Positions 54,640-64,000 of a stretch of DNA of 64,000 nucleotides are shown here, one piece after another. A program made the translations under genes and the position numbers. Under the pieces are notes generated by a model. The model searched no databases, was not told where the DNA came from, and saw only the letters and a program-made list of their open reading frames with translations. Source of the DNA: Octopus vulgaris (taxonomy: Eukaryota). The stretch spans positions 27,962,001 to 28,026,000 of the forward strand of contig OX597833.1 of the NCBI GenBank assembly GCA_951406725.2, written 5' to 3'. The first letter of the stretch is position 1. Each line of letters begins with the position of its first letter.

Positions 54640-57540
54640 TACTGGTTTTTACTTTTAATCTGCATGCTTGATGCAATCACTTGCCGAGGCACACCCAGCG
54701 CCCCAGGGCAAGTGAAAGTTCAGAGATGTTGAAATATAACTGAAAGCCTGGTGAAGGGCAGTGGCGGGGGCAGAAGAGAAATGCTTCCATATAATACAAC
54801 ACAAACATTTAAATTGATAGGGTTTTTTTCTTAGGATGTGCGCAGTACTTGTCAGCACAATCTTTTGGATTTCCTTCAGACATGGTTCTCCTGAGATGTT
54901 GGCTAAATATTTCTGGCATCCCCTTTTATCATACCTAAAGCACCTACAATAACAGGAACAGTTTTTGCTTTAAGAATTCATATCTTTTGTATTTCAATTA
55001 CTCGGTACTTATATTTAATAAGTTTGTCAAATTCCTTTACAGATATGTTTTTATCAGTGGGAACTCTACATCTATTAGTCTGCAAGTATTTTCTCCTGTC
55101 TTTAATAATTATGTCTGGTAGATTAGACATAGTCTTGATCGTTCTGTCTGTGTGGACTGGAAAATCCCAGAGGGTTGTGACATTTTTACCTTCAGCGACT
55201 TACTCAGGGTGATGTTCGTACCAGTAAGCAGGAGTCCCTATTTTGTAGTGTTTATATATTTTACAATGTAAATACTGTACCACCGTCTTGGCGATTCTTG
55301 CATTTGTTTGGTATCATCACAGGACATCTCGAAATGAGATGGTCTACTTTTTTGTCAAATTTTCGCAGAATTTGCATTTAGGGTCAGTACCGTTTTGGAG
55401 AACGTTAGCCTGGACTCCTCAGTCACTAGTGGGTTGTTGCTTGGTCTACAACATTTTGGCTTCGGAGAATATATTGTCTATGCAAGGGCTTCTGGCTCCA
55501 CCACTTCTCAATTTGTTTCTGCCCGTTCTTTTTTAACAGTTTCCTTGATTCGTTTTGCTTTCTATGGTTTCAGTCTCCTCATCTAATTCAGGGTTAACGC
55601 CAAGTTCCCTTTCGAATTTATAAGCTTCCTTCACAATAGAATGTGACTTTTTGCTGCTTTCATGTTCGCACACAAATCGCAGCATCCAGTCCTCTGTACT
55701 AGATAAGTACCTGTTCATTCCTAAAGTGAAGGTCTTATCTGTGTTCCGATTGTCCTTGCACAGAGGCCATCCGGACTCCCGCTTGCGCCGTGAACAGGGA
55801 TTAATCTTCTCTCTTCGCTCTTTTACGCCATTTGTGCTCAACTCTCCTCCCCTTTTCATCTAACCTCCTCCCCGACTCCTACTTCTCTTCACTCCTACAT
55901 CTTTTCACCCCTACTCTCTTTCCCTCTTTTCCCTCTACTCTCTTTCCCTCTTCTCCCCTACTCTCTTTCTCTCTTCTCTCTTTCTCTCTGCTCCCTCACT
56001 CTCATTCTCTCCTCTCTCCCCCTCCCTCCTCCTTCTTCCCACCCAACTCTCCTCTCTTGCCTCAACTCCTACTTCTCTTCACTCCTACTTCACTCCTACA
56101 TCTCTTCACTGCTACTTCTCTTCACCCCTACTCTCTTTCCCCTCTTCTCTCTTACTCTCTTTCTCTCTTCTCTCCTCCTCTCTTCTCTCCTACTCAATTT
56201 CTCTCTTTCTCTCCCCTCCTTCCCTCTTCCCTCTTACTCTCTTTCTCTCTTCTCTCTTACTCCCTCTCTTACTCCCTTTCTCTCTCCTCTCTTATTCTCT
56301 TTCTCTCTTCTCTCCTACTCTTTCACCCTCTCTTTCTCTCTTCTCTCTTACCCTCTCTTTCTCTCTTCTCTCTTACTCTCTTTCTCTCTTCTCTCCTCCT
56401 CTCTCTCCTCACATACCCACCTTCCCCTCCCCCCATAAACCCACCCACCCCTACTCCACTTTCCCTATCCCACACCCCTCCCCCATATACCTCACCCATA
56501 TACCACACTCCTCCCCCACATACCTCACCTCTAAACCCACCCTCTGCCTACCCACAATTTCCACTCTACCCGTCTGCCTACATCTGCACGTTCTTGAACG
56601 TTAATAGTTTTCTTGTCTCCCTGTCCAGGGGTTGGAGTTCCGTAGGATTCTAGTTTATGATATTAAAACTGTACTGGGCCCTAGAAGGTGCCAGTGTGTT
56701 AATGGCTTAAGGACTTTGAGTATCCATTTATGTGCGAAACTATCAAAAAAGCTTTCCTGTGGTCTATTCATGTGGGGCACTGTCAAACGCTTTTCTATAG
56801 TCTATCCGTCCCAAACCCGGGCCTTGTTTTTGCTCCGGCAATTATCTTCAATCCTTTTATTTATGAGCAATTTTTGAACTTGTGGAAAGTTTTGTTCAAG
56901 GAAAGCGTACATTCTTTCAGTTATTGTGGATGTTAGGATCTTGTTAGTGGTGTTCAGACATGTTATTGGTCATTAATTCTTTAGGTTTTTGTTTCTTCGA
57001 TTTTTGGTAGTAGGTAGGTAGTTCTTTCAGTCAGTCAGGCAGGTATTCGCTCTGAGTTCTGAATGATATCCGTTAGAGATACAATGAGATTTTGGTGTCC
57101 TTCTATCAAACAATTCAACCATAAGTTAGGGATCCAATCCAGTCCTGTAGTTTTCCATTTGTGAGACTTTCTAAAAACACCCCCTTAGCTCTTCTATTCT
57201 TATTGCTTTCCACTTCTATTCTTCAACTTCATCCAGTCTCTCTTTCTGACTTTCTATCCAGTAAGCTTCAGCATTAAACTTTTTTTGTTGATCCATATCT
57301 TCTTCCAGAACTCTTCCACTTCCTCAATCTGGAGTTGTTTCTTTATTTCTAACTTACTTTTGTAAATTTCCCTATAAAATTTCTTTGCATCTGTCTTGAA
57401 TATTTTGTTTTATCGATAAAATTTGATTATTTTATCATACCTTCTAAGCTGTTGGGCTTTCAGCCGTACACGCTGTTCCTTAGTTTGCCAGGAGGTTTAT
57501 AAAATCTTTGATTTTATATTTTTGCTTGATTTTTCTAGTT
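54640..57540 (-). mobile_element. Older, degraded R4/Dong element interrupted by a PLE fragment
   Basis: QKIVLTSTAHILRK end, AQKQEQGRVWDG*TIEKR and TTGLDWIPNLW-like pieces; many indels. Confidence 0.7.
55735..56572 (+). mobile_element. PLE 3' fragment (same family as 2485-5520) nested in opposite orientation in the Dong element
   Basis: LSVFRLSLHRGHPDSRLRREQGLIFSLRSFTPFVLN versus LSVFGLSLHRGHPDSRLPCEQELIFSFRSFTPFV at about 4345-4445, followed by the same CT-rich tract. Confidence 0.88.
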
Positions 57541-57559
57541 TTTCCCGTCTTGGGGAATT

Positions 57560-60500
57560 ATGACCGTGTTTCGTGGTCTGCTACCACAACAGCTCCTTTA
57601 TAGGATCCAGTTAGCTCAAGACATCATCAGGAGGAACCACGTCCGGTTTCGGCCCCTACTCCTCTACCGTTTTGACGTGACGACCCCCTCCCTTTCGGAG
57701 GTGTCTTCAGCACTGGTGTTGGGTGCATGTCTTCTTTCTTCTGCTCTCTAGCCTCTTCGATGTAGCGTCAACGAGTGTCAGCGGGCGACTGATTGACTTG
57801 TCAAATTTTTCCCTTTAAGTACCTGCCGCTAGGCCCCAGCAAGTTGTCACGTTTAACTGACCGATGAAGGCACATAGTCTTAGCCCACGCATTCCCTAAA
57901 CGACCGTCACCTGTCAGTCAGCGAAGCTAATTCAGTGTCAGCTTATTTCCCACCTGCATATTATGACTTTCAAGCCATTTTTGGTTTTCCCGCTTCAGCC
58001 ATATATAGAAGTTGGCTTTTTCGACCGCCTCCTGTAATAAGGAGAGCCTTATTGGTTTTCGCAGCTCGGAGCCAGAAAAAAAAAATCTTCTTTTGAATAG
58101 CGTTGTCATTTTTCTTTCAATGAAGCCTCTAGCCCCCACTGCCAGGTGGTAATACTTGACATTCCATCCCTGTACTCTTCGATTAGCTTTTCATACCTCT
58201 TCTTTCGTTCCTCTGCATTGCCGATGTTCTCTTCCCATGGCACTGTCAGTTCTAGCAAAATTCCTATTCTCCGTTCTCTGTTCCATAGGACTAAATCTGA
58301 TCTTTTTGTCGTTTTTATTAGTGGAAATATTACTTGTCTTTCCAAATCCGTGGCCACCTCCCAGGATCCCTTCCATCTTTCGTCTATCTCATATATTTTA
58401 CTTGTAGGCCTGGTTTTATATCCTTTTCCCTCCTTCTGGAAGTATACTTTCATGCGCTTTTCCATTTTGGGCACTCTCCCCTATTGTACCTCTCGATCTT
58501 CTCCTTGAGAGCTGCGCTTATGACGCCGAGGACTTGGTTATGACGCCATGTATATCTTTCTAGTGCTAGTCTGCAGTTTGAAAGAACATGTCTAACCGTC
58601 GCTTTCTCTCCGCATCTACACTCATCGGTTGCTTTTATGTTCCACCGGACTAAGTTCGCCGGTGAGGGTAGAACGTCAAAGGTAGACTTGATCAGGAAGG
58701 ATGTTCTTGCTTGTTCCCAAGCCCAAAGTTCCTTCTATGATATTCTGCAGCTGATCACATATTCCTCCGATCTCAGACACTGTCCCTGTTGACTGCATTG
58801 CACCAAATGTACATTTCGCCTTTCTTCTTTCTCCTTTCTCACTTCGTATACCACTGCCTCTTTCATCTCTTTTATACTGCTCTTGCAAAATGGCCTGAAA
58901 TTATGCGACCCTAGGCCGGCTCTTGCTTCTTGCGTCGCTCCGACTATATCCGCGTGCCTTAGTTTTCCGATTGCCCTGTTTACTGCCTCTTCTGCCTTCC
59001 ATTTCCTCCCTGTTCGTACTTTGGAGGGTTTTCCCGGATGCTCTGATCTTTTGAATACCATAGCATCATTACTGTCCTTGCCTATCCGGCCTTATATTCT
59101 TCAGCAATGGATGTTATTGGTAGTTGCAGCACGGGTTTTCCATATAGTGCAGTTGTATTCAGTAGTTTCGGCAGACCAAGCCATTTTCTGATAAACACAC
59201 TGCATCTTTGTTCCATCCTTTCTACTCTACTCGAGGCTATTTCGTACATTTGCAATGGCCACATTATCCTTGGGTACAGCCCAAATTGCAGTATCCAACA
59301 TTTGAATTTTCCCGGCAGCGTTGTTCTGTCAATTGCCTTTAATCCTTGTTCTACTAACTCGTCTGTTTCTTTCCCTTGTTTCTTATCATTTAATAAATCT
59401 GTATACCATCTGCCGAGACTCTTTACTGGTTTTTCTTTCAGCGTTAGTATGTCTTCACCTCCTATCCTGAATTTCACTTCTTCTTGCATTCCTTTCTCGA
59501 AAGCCACGCTTCGAGATGTTTTGGCTTTGAATTTCATCCTTGCCTATCCTATCAGCTCGTCCAACCGCTCTAACGTTCCCTCTGCTGCTTCTCTACTTTC
59601 CGATAATACAGTAACGTCGTCCATAAAAGCCCTTAATGGTGTCTTTGTAACAGCTTTCCCACAGTTTGTAGATCTAAGTAACATTTCCATGACTAGCACG
59701 AATAAGATGACTGATATCGTGCATCCAGCTGCAATACCTTACTTCAAGCTGTTGCCACTCCGTTGTGAACTTTCCTGCTGTAAATCTCATCCTCAGGTTG
59801 TCGTAATAGAACATGAGCATTCGTTGAACATCTTTTGGAATCCAAAAGAAGTCCATCGCTGTTTTTATTAGTGCGTGCGGAACAGATCCATAAGCATTGG
59901 CAAGATCTAGTCAAACAATATACAGGTTTTTCTTCAGTTGTCTTGCACAGGTGATGGCAAATGCGTGTTCTATGCACCCAGGGATTCCGGGGATTCCTGC
60001 TTTTTGGATTGCTTCATTAACGTACCCGTTATGCTGTACGAATCTTATGATTCGTCTAGCAATAATTCCAAACATGATTTTCCCGTCAGTATTTAATAAT
60101 GAAATTAGTCTAAATTGTCCTAGTGTTTTTGCATCTTTTTCTTTATGTAGATAGATACCTTCGGCTATACACCATCGCTCCGCTACATCTTTCTTCTTCC
60201 ACATTTCTCTTATCAGTGCAAGCAGCTGCAAACGTAATTTTGGGCAATATTTGTATACCTTGTAGTTCACTCCATCGTTCCCTGGTGCACTTTTTGCTCT
60301 TGCTTTCCTTACGAACTCATCCATTTCTTTCCGTTTGATGTCACTCATATCAAATGGTACTCTTGGTTCAGGTGGCTTCTTCAGTCCGTGCATTTCTGGG
60401 AGTACTTTATTTCTGTCAGAGTCGCTGTATGTCTCTTTCAGATGTTGTTCGAGCTCTTCTTTCGTGCAATCCAATTTTCCGCTTTTATTTTCAGTAAATA

Positions 60501-61029
60501 AATGTTTCGCATATTGATAGGGATTGTTCACAAAGCTACGATAGTTCTTTTCTCTCTCCTTTCTTCTGCTCTTCCTTCTTTGTTTTCTTAGCAGATCTCG
60601 ATGCCTCTTTTTTATCTCTTCATATAGCTGCTTTAGCCCTTCTCTTTCCTCCTCCTTTGCCTCCTTCCATCTGGTTCTGAGTTTTTTCTTCTCTTCTCGA
60701 ATCTTTACGATCGTCTTTCTCTCCTCGATGGTCCGCTCTTTGCCGTTGATTCTACCTTCCCCGTTGTTTCCAGTCCAAATCTTTTCGCTCCTTCCTGGCA
60801 GATTGTATTAGCCAAGTTTTCGAGCTTTTGTTCGTCGTCGCCTTTGAATTTGATGGTCATTCTTGCTACCTCGTTGTCAAATTTTTTATAACGTGGCCCT
60901 TGTTGTGCCGAGTGATGACCAATCCGGTGTAAGTTTTGGTTTGATGTCATTAAACCATTAACGATAACATTAGGAGACTGGTATTTTTGTTCAGAGTAAA
61001 TTTTTTGACAGGACACGGCTTCCGAGTTC

Positions 61030-61030
<1 letters not shown>
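57560..61030 (-). mobile_element. Hero-clade non-LTR retrotransposon (RT, CCHC, RLE), frameshifted
   Basis: SAPGNDGVNYKVYKYCP, QFRLISLLNTDGKI, QKAGIPGIPGCIEH, AFMDD, MKFK..SRS, GKFKCW, RTGRKWKAEEAV, RSDLVLW..LELTVPWE, IWLKR. Confidence 0.9.
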
Positions 61031-61106
<76 letters not shown>

Positions 61107-61117
61107 CATCATTATTA

Positions 61118-61199
<82 letters not shown>

Positions 61200-61455
61200 C
61201 ATTATTATTATTATCATTATCATTATTATTATTATTGGTAGAATCGGTAGATTACGGAGTTAGATACAATGTTGCATTGTATGTCAAATAATGCGATCTC
61301 GAAACTGCTTTTCATCCTTCTTGAGTTCATAAAATAACGGTCTCGTTCGGATTTGACATAAAGTAATATGTATCTATACATACATATATAGATGTGTGTG
61401 TGTGTATGTGTGTGTGTATATACATACATATATATGTAAATATAGACATCCTATT

Positions 61456-61489
<34 letters not shown>

Positions 61490-61631
61490 CGTGTGTTTGT
61501 GTGTGTGTGTGTGCGTGTGTGAGTGAATATATGTATGGGTGGATTAAAACAGATAGGTAGATTTGTTAGTATAAAGGTAGGTAGGTAGTTTAATAAATAG
61601 ATAGAGATAGAGAGAGATGTATGTACACATA

Positions 61632-61762
61632 TATATGTGTATCTACATACACTTATAGTATACATACAAATCTACGTATATATATATATGTGTGTGTGCG
61701 TGTGTGTATACATATATATACATACACATGTACACACACACACATACATACACGCGCACACA

Positions 61763-61793
<31 letters not shown>

Positions 61794-62428
61794 GCACACA
61801 CACACACATATATACACGCATATATATATATACATAATAACAAATATTCGAGAATATGTATAAAGATGTAAATACAACCTGAAATGTATGTCGAATTATA
61901 TATGTACTTACACACCTAGACATATACATAATATATACACATATAAATAGTTATAGGCATATAAATACATAGATATATATAACCATATACAAGTGAATGT
62001 GCATATATCTACGTACACACACTGACACGCACACACATATCTATATATATTCACAAAATATAGATCCTCACAAAAATATTCCACGCATGTATGTACTCAC
62101 ATACATTTACATATGATACACACAAATACGTGTGTGTAGGTGTTTATATAAACTCATATATATTGCCTATAGTTAAGCAAGTATTGCTGTATGTATTATT
62201 AAAAGCAGAAACTAATAAAATATACACATGCTACTTATGTATTGAGTACTTTCCCCTGTTTTTAGACACAAACATTCACCATCCATATATTTATGCGTGT
62301 ATATGTGTATCTACATACACTTATAGTATACATACAAATCTACGTATATATATATATGTGTGTGTGCGTGTGTGTATACATATATATACATACACATGTA
62401 CACACACACTCATACATACACGCGCACA

Positions 62429-62461
<33 letters not shown>

Positions 62462-62525
62462 GCACACACACACACATATATACACGCATATATATATATA
62501 CATAATAACAAATATTCGAGAATAT
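61632..62525 (+). repeat. Local direct duplication of a ~225-bp compound microsatellite block (61632-61857 and 62300-62525)
   Basis: Shared unique anchors GTATCTACATACACTTATAGTATACATACAAATCTACG and ATAATAACAAATATTCGAGAATAT. Confidence 0.85.
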
Positions 62526-62821
62526 TTATGTAAGTGTGCATAGATGTAAAGTAGTTATGCATATATTATTGAAAAGATAGATGTTGGTAATGTGCGTACT
62601 TATGTATGCTATATTGTATATGAACACATTTTAATAGTGTTGTATATGTATATATATATACATACATACATACATACATACATACATGATAATATGTATG
62701 TAAGTGTATGTGATTATTTGTAAAGTATGTATGGATGTATATGTACTCATATGTATATATGCGTGTGTATATGTGTAATTGCGTGTGATTCTGTATGTGT
62801 GATTGTGGGTGGGTGTGATTT

Positions 62822-62978
<157 letters not shown>

Positions 62979-63383
62979 TTGAGCATATGTGTCTATGTGC
63001 GAGTGTTTTATGCGTAACACCAATACCATTACCTCTAAGCCTCGCAACGTGGAATGGCGCATTTTAAGGAATTATCTTCATTCTTCCTTTCTGTAAATGC
63101 TTTCCAAAGAAATTTGTCTTGACAGTGGAAATTTGGCAGCCATTAAAGATGGCGTCTTGTAGAAGAGTGTCTACTGGAGGCCATTTTGTTGGAGTGCTCT
63201 GTTCGTTTTTCTACGTGAAATTACAGCTTTAATGAATATAGAGTATGTGTAGTGAATGGCATGGGGTCTTTTCCTTGACTCTCCTTTTCGACCATCATCA
63301 CCACCACCACCACCATCGCCATCTTCTCTTTCTTTTCTGTTAGCTTTTTTTTCATGTATTTTGCTTTGTGTATTGTTGTTGTT

Positions 63384-63428
<45 letters not shown>

Positions 63429-63479
63429 AGTGATAGTGATGTTGTTTTCTATTGTTTCTTTGTGTTTTACATGTTTGTT

Positions 63480-63527
<48 letters not shown>

Positions 63528-64000
63528 CGTGTTGATGGCGATGATGATCATGATAGTGATTACGATGATGATTATAAGGAGGATAATAATGAGGAAGATG
63601 ATGATGACGATAATGATAGAAATTGTGATGTCGGTGGTGGTGGCGGCGGCGATAGTGGTGGTTGTGGTGGTGTTGGTGGTGGGGGGGTAGTAGTGGTGAT
63701 GATCGTCGTTGTTGTGCTGGTGGTTATGTTTATACGGATGTTTTGTGCGGCAATTTGGATGGGAGTAGCGGGGTTGTATTTTAAAATGATGATGATGGTG
63801 GCGATGTAATGTTGACGATGGTAATGATGATGAAGATGATGATAATAATGATGATGATGGCAACGATGATGATGGTAATGATGATGGTAATGATGATGAT
63901 GATGATGATGATGAGGTATGATGGTAATAATAATGATGCTGTTAATCTTGTTGTTTCTTGTTGTGTATGCCGCTGCAGCTGCTGCTGCTATCGGGAAAGG

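Noticed and set aside
57620-57712. Hammerhead boxes in the Hero 3' UTR (CTGAAGA..GAAACC..CTGATGA on the minus strand)
   Set aside because: I could not build consistent stems I and II

Overview
This is eukaryotic, AT-rich, microsatellite-saturated genomic DNA with no supportable host gene. The tRNA-derived SINE families and the repeat landscape point to an octopus (cephalopod) genome, which is an inference. Most ORF-track entries are microsatellite artefacts. The recognisable content is decayed transposons. DNA transposons include a full-length mariner (TA TSD), a full-length hAT/Tip100-type element (8-bp TSD), Chapaev3 and hATm-like remnants, and a probable non-autonomous Helitron. Non-LTR retroelements include Tx1, RTE, CR1-group, R4/Dong and Hero LINEs, plus many Penelope-like element (PLE) remnants. 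Two observations stand out. First, there are about a dozen type I hammerhead ribozyme motifs, several at the apex of long rod-like hairpins and several with non-canonical cores. Second, one PLE pseudo-LTR family has no recognisable hammerhead but carries a double-pseudoknot fold supported by three compensatory base-pair changes between diverged copies, making it a candidate undescribed structured RNA or ribozyme. All structures were paired by eye; nothing was folded or searched computationally.
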